Source: Thermoanaerobaculia bacterium
GTDB taxonomy: Bacteria > Acidobacteriota > Thermoanaerobaculia > UBA5066
Length of the DNA stretch: 64,000 nucleotides
Direction: 5' to 3'
NCBI GenBank assembly: GCA_963816185.1
Contig: CAWFJJ010000006.1
Span: forward strand, 1,326 to 65,325
The position numbers were made by a program, and so were the translations under genes. The notes under the pieces were generated by a model. That model was not told the origin of the DNA. It did not search any database and saw nothing but the letters and a program-made list of their open reading frames with translations. Of this stretch, positions 10,101 through 16,914 are shown one piece after another (the first letter of the stretch is position 1; every line of letters begins with the position of its first letter).

Positions 10101-10264
10101 GCCGGACGTCGTTCGTGATCGCCCACAGGCTCAGCACCATCCGCGACGCGGACGTCATCCTCGTCCTGGAGAAGGGACGTCTCGTCGAGCACGGGACTCA
10201 CGACGAGCTGATGGACCGCCAGGGGCTCTACTACTACCTGTCGAGCCAGCAGCTCGGGATCTAG
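7082..10264 (+). CDS. bacteriocin/RiPP-type ABC exporter: two cNMP-binding domains + C39 double-glycine peptidase domain + ABC TMD + NBD
   Basis: 1060 aa. Two cNMP-binding domains (GDSFGEMGLL..ATVRA and GDVFGEISAF..ATVEA); C39 active-site Cys (QIDEMDCGAASLAMVC) with HWGGNHWVVLY; six-helix TMD; Walker A GRSGSGKTT, signature LSGGQKQR, Walker B VLIFDEATS. Confidence 0.9.
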   Translation: MDMEAVTSKASSAAASEIEAARIFLDDLPLLKFLSPASRAAVTAKFVPVAFPFGAVILREGDPADAFFVVVAGKARAVKTGEQGEEVSLGVLRPGDSFGEMGLLDPSAKRQATVRASSAATVLRLDRNAFDALLSGDPEIRTCLELHVRYRSLQNLFRLYTPFSTLPPSVLAGLLHRFETISVAAGEAVFRQGDGEGPLFVVEEGRLRVFTEDDGHRRNIAYLRKGDVFGEISAFTGEPRKATVEAVTPCRLLSLHPSAFRAVTDAHPEFRAAIGRRIAQYDYRKEARVPLDFADELLPAEAQVEEVGPDQIDEDADRPPDESSAEGSAAPFATEDGRFVKGPRRIRRFRFVRQIDEMDCGAASLAMVCRHFGRAVSLARIRQLLFTSTDGTSLRAVCRGAEELGLAARSVKASARHLDQMPLPAILHWGGNHWVVLYDVSPTEARVADPGVGLRRLPRAEVEKEWTGYAALFDYTEAFEKAPVGRSSFAWLTRFFRPHAGVLAKAAGLALIVSVLQMVLPVFSQVIVDRVLVERDEGLLRILLFGMGGVLVFSTLAMVLQRYLLSFAAVRIDASTLDFVTRRLLSLPMSYFSTRKTGDIQRRLMGLRQVRELLVQYGVSSLTALSQLSAVLILMFVYSPLLAGVFLATVPLYALLMRYSRRRLRPVFDTLEEAFGKYSAQQIDTIKGIETVKSLGAEGSLRQLMLERFLGLARKQFRADFTVMTYEGAVQAVSFLSTALFLWAGAVQVMRGSLTIGGLVAFNTLVALANAPIGILLATWDHLQYGTVLLDRLNDVFEQKPEQGDDRSQLLPVRTLAGKVSLRNVGFRFGGPESPLILDGLTFDVDPGKMVAIVGRSGSGKTTLAKLLSGLMEPTEGSILFDGADLKTLNYRDLRRRVGFVLQENYLFDETIARNIAFGDGEPDVDRVLWAARVASAHEFVERFPLGYDTRVGESGLALSGGQKQRVAIARAVYNRPPVLIFDEATSSLDTESERAVKENLDRLLEGRTSFVIAHRLSTIRDADVILVLEKGRLVEHGTHDELMDRQGLYYYLSSQQLGI

Positions 10265-11466
10265 ATGGACGAGGCGCCGTTCCTCCCGAGCGACCCGCCG
10301 CCCTTCGCGGCCCGGAGCCTCGCATGGCTCCTGATCGCCCTCTTCGCAGTGGCCGCTGTCGTATCGGTGGCGGTCAAGGTTCCCGAAACGGTCGTCGCCC
10401 CGTTCGCCCTTGTGCCCATGCGCGGCACCGATCCGGTTCGCGCTCCGCACGGAGGCACGGTCACGGAGGCTCTTGCCGTCGAGGGGCGCCCCGTGGCCAA
10501 GGGCGCGAGGCTCTTTGCCATCCGGTCGCAGGAGTTCGGGGACAGGGCCTCCGAGCGGAAGGCGCTCGAAGCAGGCCTCGGCGGACTTGCCGAGAGCCTT
10601 TCCAACGCCCGGAAGAGATTCGACAGCGAGGCCGGCGAGAGGCGTGAGGAGGCCCGGAGTCTCGCCGATCGCGCGGCCTATCTCGATCGGATGCTGGCTT
10701 TGAAGAGGGAGCAGCTCGCCTTGACGCTGGAGCAGTCCGAGCGGGCGAAGAAGCTCGCCGACCAGGGGCTCGCGAGCTTCAACGACCGTTCCGACGCCCA
10801 GATCCGGCACAGCCAGACCGTCATGGAGCTCGAGCAGCTCCAGTCCGACCGGAGCGCGACCGGGAGCGCCATCGAGAAGCTTCGCGACACCGAAGCGGCG
10901 AAGGGGACCGAGTTCCACGAGGAGGAGCGGGTCCTCGAGGAGAAGATCGCTCAGGCGAGAATCAGGATCGGCGCGCTCAGCGGGGGGCGCCCTCCGCCGG
11001 CGGAGACGAATCTGGAAACGAGCTGGCCGTCACTTCTCCGTGCGACGGCACCGTTCTCGGCGTCACGGCGCGGCGGGCCGGGGCGGTGGTCCGCGAAGGC
11101 GACGTCCTCGCCGAGGTCGCCTGCTCCGCCGAGACCCTGCAGGCCGAGCTGAGCCTCCCGCAGGGAGGGCTCTCCCGGATCCACCCCGGCCAGAGCGTCC
11201 GCCTCCTCCTCGACGCGTTCCCGTACCAGCGCTACGGCGTCCGCGGGGGAAGGGTCCGGTGGGCCAGCCCCTCCGGGGTCGGGACCCGCGAGGCCGCGAC
11301 CTTCCCCGTCCTCGTCGACCTGGACGAGCAGGCCGTCCCGGCGGACGGCGAGCGCAAGCCGCTCCTGGCGGGAATGCGCGGCACCGCGCGCGTCGTCGTC
11401 GGCCGCCGCACGCTCGTCGAGTACGCCTTCGAGCCTCTCCGGCAGCTTCGGGAGAACCTCCGGTGA
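10265..11466 (+). CDS. HlyD-family membrane fusion/secretion adaptor; interrupted by a -1 frameshift at the G6 run 10981-10986
   Basis: ATG abuts the ABC stop (TAGATG). N-terminal TM plus coiled-coil in frame A (10265..~10985). C-terminal HlyD barrel (GNELAVTSPCDGTVLGV..GQSVRLLLDAFPYQRYG) in the frame of ORF 11086..11466. Adding one G to the G6 run restores a continuous protein (..IGALSGGAPSAGGDESGNELAV..). Confidence 0.75.
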
Positions 11467-11532
11467 CGCGGAAGAGCTTCGCTCGACGCGACGCAACTCA
11501 CGCTCGAGACCTTCCGGAGCGCCGACGCCGCG

Positions 11533-12438
11533 ATGCGCCGCTGCCTCGACGTGGCGCGTGCCGCCTGCCGGACCGAGCTTCCGCTCCTCCTCCTCGGCGA
11601 GTCGGGGACCGGAAAGACGCTCCTCGCCCAGGCGATCCACAACTCCTCTCCGAGAGCGTCGGCTCCCTTCGTCTCCTTCAACGCCGCGGCCCTCTCCGAC
11701 ACGCTCCTCGACAGCCAGCTCTTCGGCCACGAGAAAGGGGCGTTCACGGACGCCAAGCAGCCGCTGCGCGGCAAGTTCGAGGTCGCCGACGGCGGGACCC
11801 TCTTCATCGACGAGATCGCCGACATGAGCCCGCTCGCCCAGGCGAAGATCCTCCGGGCGGTCGAATACGGAGAGTTCGAGAGGCTCGGATCCGAGCGGCT
11901 CCGCAAGGCGGACGTCCGCCTGATCTCGGCCACCCGCCACCCGCTGGAGCGGTTTGCGAACACCGAGCAGTTCCGGAGCGATCTCTTCTACAGGCTCGCG
12001 GGGCTCACCGTCACCCTTCCCCCGCTGCGCGAGCGGCCGAACGACCTGCGCGAGCTCGTCGCGGCCTCGATCCATCGCGCCGCTCACGCACAGGGACGGA
12101 CCATCTCCGGTCTCTCCCAGAAGGCCGCCGATGCCCTTTTCTCGTATCACTGGCCCGGGAATCTCCGGGAGCTCGACCTCGTCATCCACGCCGCAGTCGC
12201 GATGACCGAGGGCTCGGTGATCGAGGAATTTGCGATCCTGGTCCGAAACAACGGCGGGCCCGGGACGTCCCCTTCCGCCGCGCGGCCGGTCCCTGCGGCC
12301 GACCTGAGCCTCCGGGCCGTCGAGCGAGACCACATTCACCGGGTCCTCCGGGAGCTCGGGGGGAACAAGACGAGGGCCGCCAGGACCCTCGGCATCTCGC
12401 GCTCCCGCCTCGAGAGGAAGCTCAACGACGCGAAGTGA
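11533..12438 (+). CDS. sigma-54-dependent transcriptional activator (bEBP), AAA+ central domain + Fis-type HTH, no N-terminal receiver/sensor domain
   Basis: Walker A GESGTGKT; GAFTGA-like region EKGAFTDA; R-finger/ESELFGH-like motifs; C-terminal HTH (KTRAARTLGISRSRLERKL). No in-frame start codon exists between the HlyD stop and ATG 11533, so the protein starts at the AAA+ domain, PspF-like. Confidence 0.85.
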   Translation: MRRCLDVARAACRTELPLLLLGESGTGKTLLAQAIHNSSPRASAPFVSFNAAALSDTLLDSQLFGHEKGAFTDAKQPLRGKFEVADGGTLFIDEIADMSPLAQAKILRAVEYGEFERLGSERLRKADVRLISATRHPLERFANTEQFRSDLFYRLAGLTVTLPPLRERPNDLRELVAASIHRAAHAQGRTISGLSQKAADALFSYHWPGNLRELDLVIHAAVAMTEGSVIEEFAILVRNNGGPGTSPSAARPVPAADLSLRAVERDHIHRVLRELGGNKTRAARTLGISRSRLERKLNDAK

Positions 12439-12573
12439 CCGGGCACGGGCGACGGCGACCGCGACAATGAGCCTCGGAACGAGCTACTCGAAACGATGCA
12501 GCAACGCATCGAAACGATACAGCCCGGGTCCGGAATTCACCGCCATCGCGCGCCTGAGACTGTTTCTCAGCGG

Positions 12574-12589
12574 TGGAACGGTCCTTGCT
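12574..12589 (+). promoter_or_regulatory. candidate sigma-54 (-24/-12) promoter TGGAACGGTCCTTGCT
   Basis: Matches TGGCACG-N4-TTGCW at 11 of 12 fixed positions with exact GG/GC spacing; lies 135 bp downstream of the bEBP gene and ~40 bp upstream of the first RBS of the precursor array; a 6-bp-stem inverted repeat (CTGAGActgttTCTCAG) sits immediately upstream. Confidence 0.5.
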
Positions 12590-12630
12590 CCGCCCGGGCC
12601 CGGTCCCGAATTCGAGAAAGGAGAAACGAC

Positions 12631-12912
12631 GTGAACCACGAAGAAAACCCCCTCGGGCTTCTACAAGAAGGCGGTGAAGGACCTCGACGTCAAGCCCGCC
12701 AAGGTGACGTCCGCCCGGGCGTCCAGTCTCGAACCGGCCGTCAGCGACCGCGAAGAAGGCGAAGAACCGATCATGAAGAAGACCCCGAAGAAAAGCGCCC
12801 GGACAAGCTTCTCAAAGAAGACGCGGTCAAGGACCTCGCACCAAGCTCCGCCAAGGGCAGGCGGCACGAGGCGGCACGGGAAGGTCTGTGACAGGGGTGG
12901 ATCGAGCATCTG
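12631..12912 (+). pseudogene. two decayed precursor-peptide gene copies at the head of the array (frame-disrupted)
   Basis: The DNA is clearly homologous to intact precursor genes, with the same RBS AGGAGAAACGAC then GTG, and AAGGCGGTGAAGGACCTCGACGTCAAGCCCGCCAAG. Small indels break the frame: copy 1 reads VNHEENPLG..; copy 2 from ATG 12773 reads MKKTPKKSA then out of frame; the leader-like KEDAVKDLAPSSAKG reappears in another frame. Confidence 0.5.
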
Positions 12913-13190
12913 ACGAGCGACCTCCAGCTCGGCAAGGTTCTCGTCCGAGAGATTCCTGTCACTGCGACATGAAGACGGGCCGCCGCAAGACGAAGCCGTC
13001 GCCGGGGTTCGTCCCCCTCAGGGACCTCGTCCCCCGAAACGACCCCAAGGGCGGGTCGGCCGGGAAGACGGTATTCGGTGAACGTCCCCCGATCGCTCGA
13101 GACAGAAGAAAAGCACCCCTTCAAGGATGTTCCGGCCGAACGAAGGCAGAAGCCGGGTCACGACCGAAACAGGAAGAAAGGAGAAACGCC
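12913..13190 (+). repeat. intergenic array repeat, copy R1 (divergent 5' part)
   Basis: Shares ~200 nt with the other copies (ATGAAGACGGGCCGCCG..GGTATTCGGTGAACGTCCCC..CCGGCCGAACGAAGGCAGAAGCCGGGTCACGACCGAAACAGGAAG) ending in the RBS of P1. Confidence 0.7.
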
Positions 13191-13376
13191 ATGAAGAAGA
13201 CCACGAAGAAAAGCTCCTCGAAGGCCTCTCACAAGAGAGCCCGCAAAAACCTCGACGTCACGCCTGCCAAGGGCGGGACCGTCCGGGGAGGCGGCAAGGC
13301 GGGCTCGGGCAGGACTACTGTCAGCGACCTCCAGATCAGCAAAGTTGTCGACAAGAGTTCAGCCGTGCTGTTCTGA
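13191..13376 (+). CDS. precursor peptide P1 (61 aa); leader MKKTTKKSSSKASHKRARKNLDVTPAKGGTVRGG + core GKAGSGRTTVSDLQISKVVDKSSAVLF
   Basis: Strong RBS AGGAGAAACGCC-ATG; conserved leader shared with 14 other genes; long Ser/Thr-rich core; stop 23 nt before the CxxCxxCC-1 start. Confidence 0.7.
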   Translation: MKKTTKKSSSKASHKRARKNLDVTPAKGGTVRGGGKAGSGRTTVSDLQISKVVDKSSAVLF

Positions 13377-13399
13377 GAGCGACCTGCTCGAAGACTGGC

Positions 13400-14542
13400 A
13401 TGGTACGGCTTCCGACGATCCCGGACACTCCCGCCAAAGGCCCGGCTCCGCTCCATGCACGCTGGCTCGAAGAGGCCCTCGGGGGAAAGATCCCCTCCGA
13501 GCCCCACGCCACGTGCGAGAGCTGCCCCATGCTCCCTGTGCCCGGCGGCGCGGACGGGGCCCGGGACGCGGTCTTCTTCAATCCCAAGACGAAGTGCTGC
13601 ACCTACCTGCCGAGGCTTCACAACTTTCTCGTCGGCGCGATCCTGGCAGACGAGGCGCCCGACATGGCCGAAGGGCAGGCGCGCGTTCTCGAGAGGATCG
13701 GAAAAAGGGTCGGCGTGACGCCGCTTTGGGTCGGCGCCGGTGGAGCGTACAGCCTCATGTACGACCACGGTGACGGGGTCTTCGGCCACAGCGAGGCGAT
13801 GCGCTGCCCCTACTACCTCGAGGATCGGATCGGCGGCGGCTGCGGGATATGGCGTCACCGCAATTCCATCTGCATGACCTGGTTCTGCAAGCACGAGCGC
13901 GGGGCCCGGGCGCTGCGGTTCTGGGACTCGGCCAAAGAGCTGCTGATGGCCGTCGAGGAGAACCTCGCGATCCACTGCCTCGTCACCCTCGGTTTCGACG
14001 ACGCGGCGCTCCGGACCAATTTCCCGTTCAAGGTTCCGAAGTCTCAGCGGACGGAAACCGTGAAGGGGGACGAGCTCGACGGCACGGTGAGCCCCGAGAG
14101 GTACAAGGCCCTCTGGGGAAGCTGGGCTGGCCGCGAGAAGGAGCTCTACCTCCTAAGCGACGGGATCGTCCGGAACATGGAGTGGAAGGACGTCGAGCGA
14201 ATCGGCGGCGCGAACGTCGCTCTCCTCTCGCAGCTCGCACGCGCTGCCTACCAGACGGCAGCCAGCGACGCTCTTCCGGAGCGCCTCGAAATCGGCAACC
14301 TCAACGTCATCGGCGCCGGGCGTAAGACCGTGCGCCTCGGCACCTACAGCCCATACGACCCCATCGATGCTCCTGCCGCGCTTCTTCCGGCATTGCCCGC
14401 CTTCGACGGCTCCAGGGTACCCGACGCCCTCCGCGCGATCGAGAAGGATCATGGGCTCGTCCTGAGCCCCGAGCTCGTCCGAAAGCTCGTCGACTACGGC
14501 CTGCTCCGCGCGGTGACCGCCCCCGAAGACGAGCGAGTCTAA
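13400..14542 (+). CDS. CxxCxxCC-motif protein (YkgJ / PF03692-like, family that includes flagellin lysine N-methylase FliB), paralog 1; candidate peptide-modifying enzyme
   Basis: 380 aa from ATG 13400 (the ORF-track start at 13127 is upstream repeat read-through). Motifs CESCPMLP..KTKCCTYLPRLHNF and CPYYLEDRIGGGCGIWRHRNSICMTWFCKHE match the recalled Cx2Cx..CC plus C..CxIY..RP..CR.FPF pattern of the family. 85-90% identical to paralog 2. Confidence 0.7.
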   Translation: MVRLPTIPDTPAKGPAPLHARWLEEALGGKIPSEPHATCESCPMLPVPGGADGARDAVFFNPKTKCCTYLPRLHNFLVGAILADEAPDMAEGQARVLERIGKRVGVTPLWVGAGGAYSLMYDHGDGVFGHSEAMRCPYYLEDRIGGGCGIWRHRNSICMTWFCKHERGARALRFWDSAKELLMAVEENLAIHCLVTLGFDDAALRTNFPFKVPKSQRTETVKGDELDGTVSPERYKALWGSWAGREKELYLLSDGIVRNMEWKDVERIGGANVALLSQLARAAYQTAASDALPERLEIGNLNVIGAGRKTVRLGTYSPYDPIDAPAALLPALPAFDGSRVPDALRAIEKDHGLVLSPELVRKLVDYGLLRAVTAPEDERV

Positions 14543-14605
14543 CCAGAACTCGATGAGAAGGCCGAAGCCGGGTCATGAACAAATCAGGGCAAAAGGAGAA
14601 ACGAC

Positions 14606-14737
14606 GTGAAGAAGACCACGAAGAAAAGCCCCTCGAAGGCATCTCACAAGAAGGCGGTCAAGAACCTCGAGCTCAAAACGGTTAAGAGCGGGACGGTCCG
14701 AGGAGGAGTACCCGCGGTCCAAAAGTCAGGGAGATAG
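14606..14737 (+). CDS. precursor peptide P2 (43 aa); leader VKKTTKKSPSKASHKKAVKNLELKTVKSGTVRGG + core VPAVQKSGR
   Basis: GTG start after AAAAGGAGAAACGAC; conserved leader; preceded by a truncated array repeat. Confidence 0.65.
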   Translation: MKKTTKKSPSKASHKKAVKNLELKTVKSGTVRGGVPAVQKSGR

Positions 14738-14747
14738 GAGGAGCAAC

Positions 14748-14885
14748 ATGAAAAAGATCGCGAAGAAGGGCGCCCCGAAGGCCTCTCACAAGAAATCGGT
14801 CAAGGACCTCGAGATCAAGCCCGCCAAGGGCGGGACGGGCGAGACGGTCCGTGGCGGCAAGATGATCGACAAGATCCACATCTGA
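14748..14885 (+). CDS. precursor peptide P3 (45 aa); leader MKKIAKKGAPKASHKKSVKDLEIKPAKGGTGETVRGG + core KMIDKIHI
   Basis: RBS GGAGGAGCAAC-ATG 10 nt after the P2 stop; core of the K..KIHI type. Confidence 0.7.
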   Translation: MKKIAKKGAPKASHKKSVKDLEIKPAKGGTGETVRGGKMIDKIHI

Positions 14886-15145
14886 CGAGCGCCGCCTGCT
14901 GCAAGGATCGCCCGACCTTCGATGATGAAGACAGGCCGCCGAGGACCAAGCCGTCGCCGGGGGTTCGTCCTCCTCAGAGATCTCATCCCTCGAAACGACC
15001 CCAAAGGCGGGTCGGCCGGGAAAACGGTATTCGGTGAACGTCCCACGGTCCTCGAGACAGAAGAAAAGCACCCCCATGAGGATGTTCCGGCCGAACGAAG
15101 GCAGACGCCGGGTCACGGCCGAAACAGGAGGAAAGGAGACACGAT
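14886..15145 (+). repeat. intergenic array repeat, full copy R2
   Basis: ~260 nt starting at TCTGACGAGCGCCGCCTGCTGCAAGG..ATGATGAAGACAGGCCGCCGAGGACCAAGCCGTCGCCGGGGG.. and ending in RBS AGGAGACACGAT before P4; contains the spurious 75-aa ORF 14922..15149. Confidence 0.75.
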
Positions 15146-15286
15146 ATGAAGAAGACCACGAAGAAGACCCCGAAGGCCTCGCACAAGAAGGCGGTCAGGA
15201 ACCTCGACGTCAAGCCCGCGAAGGGTGGAACGGTCCGTGGCGGAATACATGGTGGCTGGGACCAGCTCGCGAACAAGAAAGTTTGA
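15146..15286 (+). CDS. precursor peptide P4 (46 aa); leader MKKTTKKTPKASHKKAVRNLDVKPAKGGTVRGG + core IHGGWDQLANKKV
   Basis: Conserved RBS and leader; core of the HGGWDQ type shared with P13 and P14. Confidence 0.7.
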   Translation: MKKTTKKTPKASHKKAVRNLDVKPAKGGTVRGGIHGGWDQLANKKV

Positions 15287-15373
15287 GTTCCTGGAACACC
15301 CTTCTTAGAAAGTCCGGTCGAACGAAGGTAGAAGCCGGGTCACGACCGAAACAGGAAGTAAGGAGAAGACGTC

Positions 15374-15520
15374 ATGAACAACCCCAAGAAGAAGAGCGCC
15401 TCGAAGGCCTCCCACAAGAGGAAGGTGAAGGACCTCGAGATCAAGCCCGCCAAAGGAGGGACCGTCCGTGGAGGCAAGGTCTTTCCCAAGGTGACCACGG
15501 GTTTGCTCGACAAGTACTAG
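15374..15520 (+). CDS. precursor peptide P5 (48 aa); leader MNNPKKKSASKASHKRKVKDLEIKPAKGGTVRGG + core KVFPKVTTGLLDKY
   Basis: RBS AAGGAGAAGACGTC-ATG; MNNPKKK leader variant shared with P7. Confidence 0.7.
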   Translation: MNNPKKKSASKASHKRKVKDLEIKPAKGGTVRGGKVFPKVTTGLLDKY

Positions 15521-15596
15521 CGAGGCTGAAGTTACCCCTTTCGTCGCGCGACCTCGCGCTCGGTCACGACCGAAACAGGAAGAAGGGAGACACGAC

Positions 15597-15734
15597 ATGA
15601 AGAAGAACGCGAAGAAGAACCCTCCGAAGGGTTCCCGAAAGAACGCAATCAAGGACCTCGAGATCAAGCCCGCCAAGGGCGGGACGGACGGGACGGTCCG
15701 TGGCGGCAAGTTCGAGACCAAGATCCACATCTGA
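15597..15734 (+). CDS. precursor peptide P6 (45 aa); leader MKKNAKKNPPKGSRKNAIKDLEIKPAKGGTDGTVRGG + core KFETKIHI
   Basis: RBS GGGAGACACGAC-ATG; K..KIHI-type core; followed by full repeat R3. Confidence 0.7.
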   Translation: MKKNAKKNPPKGSRKNAIKDLEIKPAKGGTDGTVRGGKFETKIHI

Positions 15735-15996
15735 CGAGGGCCGCTTGCCGTAAGGGCCGATCGGCCCCTCGATGATGAAGACAGTCCGCCGAGGACCAAG
15801 CCTTCGCCAGGGATTCGTTCCCCTCAGGGACCTCGTGCCCTGAAACGACCCCAAGGGGGGGTCCGCTGGGAAGACGGTATTCGGCGAACGTCCCCCGGTT
15901 TCCGTGACAGAAATGACACAGCGCTTCCAGGATGTTCCGGCCGCACGAAGGCAGAAGCCGGGTCACGGTCGAAACAGTAAGTAAGGAGAAGACGTC
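15735..15996 (+). repeat. intergenic array repeat, full copy R3
   Basis: Same unit as R2 with point differences and single-base indels. Confidence 0.75.
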
Positions 15997-16128
15997 ATGA
16001 ACAACCCCAAGAAGAAGAGCGCCTCGAAGGCTTCCCACAAGAAGACGGTCAAGAACCTCGAGGTCACGCCCGTCAAGGGCGGGAAGGTCCGTGGGGGCTT
16101 CCCGACGCCATGGAAAAACAAGGTCTAA
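15997..16128 (+). CDS. precursor peptide P7 (43 aa); leader MNNPKKKSASKASHKKTVKNLEVTPVKGGKVRGG + core FPTPWKNKV
   Basis: RBS TAAGGAGAAGACGTC-ATG; conserved leader. Confidence 0.7.
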   Translation: MNNPKKKSASKASHKKTVKNLEVTPVKGGKVRGGFPTPWKNKV

Positions 16129-16174
16129 TGCCGCCCGAAATGACGCGCGAATCCAGAAGAAAGGAGAAACGAAC

Positions 16175-16306
16175 ATGAAAAAGACCTCGAAGAAGAGCGC
16201 CTCGAAGGCATCTCACAAGAAGGCGGTCAAGGACCTCGAGGTCAAGCACGCCAAGAGCGGGACGGTTCGCGGAGGACTGCCCCCCGGTCCACCAACCTAC
16301 AAATGA
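16175..16306 (+). CDS. precursor peptide P8 (43 aa); leader MKKTSKKSASKASHKKAVKDLEVKHAKSGTVRGG + core LPPGPPTYK
   Basis: RBS AAAGGAGAAACGAAC-ATG; Pro-rich core. Confidence 0.7.
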   Translation: MKKTSKKSASKASHKKAVKDLEVKHAKSGTVRGGLPPGPPTYK

Positions 16307-16327
16307 GTGGACAAAATGAGAACCGAC

Positions 16328-16453
16328 ATGAAGAAGACCACGAAGAAAGACCCTTCGAAGGCCTCTAAGAAGAAGGCGGTCAAAAACCTCGAGGTCAAGC
16401 CCGCGAGGGGTGGAACGGTCCGCGGAGGCTGGGACCCGACCAAAGCGCGATAG
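16328..16453 (+). CDS. precursor peptide P9 (41 aa); leader MKKTTKKDPSKASKKKAVKNLEVKPARGGTVRGG + core WDPTKAR
   Basis: Starts 21 nt after P8 with a weak SD, probably coupled; an in-frame alternative ATG at 16316 would add MRTD. Confidence 0.6.
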   Translation: MKKTTKKDPSKASKKKAVKNLEVKPARGGTVRGGWDPTKAR

Positions 16454-16725
16454 CGTCGAAACGAGTCACTCGAAACGACCCCTTCTCCGAAAGTGAACCG
16501 CGAGATGAAGACAGGCCGCGGTAAGACAAAGCCCTCGCCGGGGTTCGTCCCCCTCAGGGACCTCATCCCCCGAAACGATCCCAAGGGCGGGTCGGCCGGG
16601 AAGACGGTATTCGGCGAGCGTCCCCCGGTCCTCGAGGCAGAAGAAAAGCACCCCTTCAAGGATGTTCCGGCCGAACGAAGGCAAAAGCCGGGTCACGACC
16701 GAAACAGGAAGAGAGGAGAGACGAC
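16454..16725 (+). repeat. intergenic array repeat, full copy R4
   Basis: Same unit; contains the spurious ORF 16493..16729. Confidence 0.75.
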
Positions 16726-16914
16726 ATGAAGAAGAACACGAAGAAGACAGCCTCCAAGGCAAAGGGGCCCAAGGCGACGAAGAATCTCGACGTCAAGCCC
16801 GCCAAGGGCGCGAAGGTCCGTGGTGGAACTGTAAACAAGGGGTGGATCGAAGTTTCATCCTTCAGTTTTAATGCGGAACCCACCGTCAGTGTGACCGCGA
16901 AGAAGCCGTCCTGA
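16726..16914 (+). CDS. precursor peptide P10 (62 aa); leader MKKNTKKTASKAKGPKATKNLDVKPAKGAKVRGG + core TVNKGWIEVSSFSFNAEPTVSVTAKKPS
   Basis: Matches ORF-track 16726..16914; long Ser/Thr-rich core; its stop overlaps the GT41 gene start (TGATG). Confidence 0.7.
   Translation: MKKNTKKTASKAKGPKATKNLDVKPAKGAKVRGGTVNKGWIEVSSFSFNAEPTVSVTAKKPS

Noticed and set aside
12553-12571. Inverted repeat CTGAGActgttTCTCAG as the activator UAS
   Set aside because: It sits only ~10 bp from the -24 element, too close for a typical bEBP upstream activating site; recorded only as a possible IHF/structural site or weak terminator of the bEBP gene.
14922-15149. 75-aa ORFs (MKTGRRGPSRRRGFVLLRDLVPRNDPKGGSAGKTVFGERPP..) reported repeatedly at 14922, 16493, 18209/18945 etc. 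inside the array repeats
   Set aside because: Copies differ by single-base indels that would break the frame; there is no SD sequence; the product is low-complexity basic; the sequence is better explained as a structured non-coding repeat.
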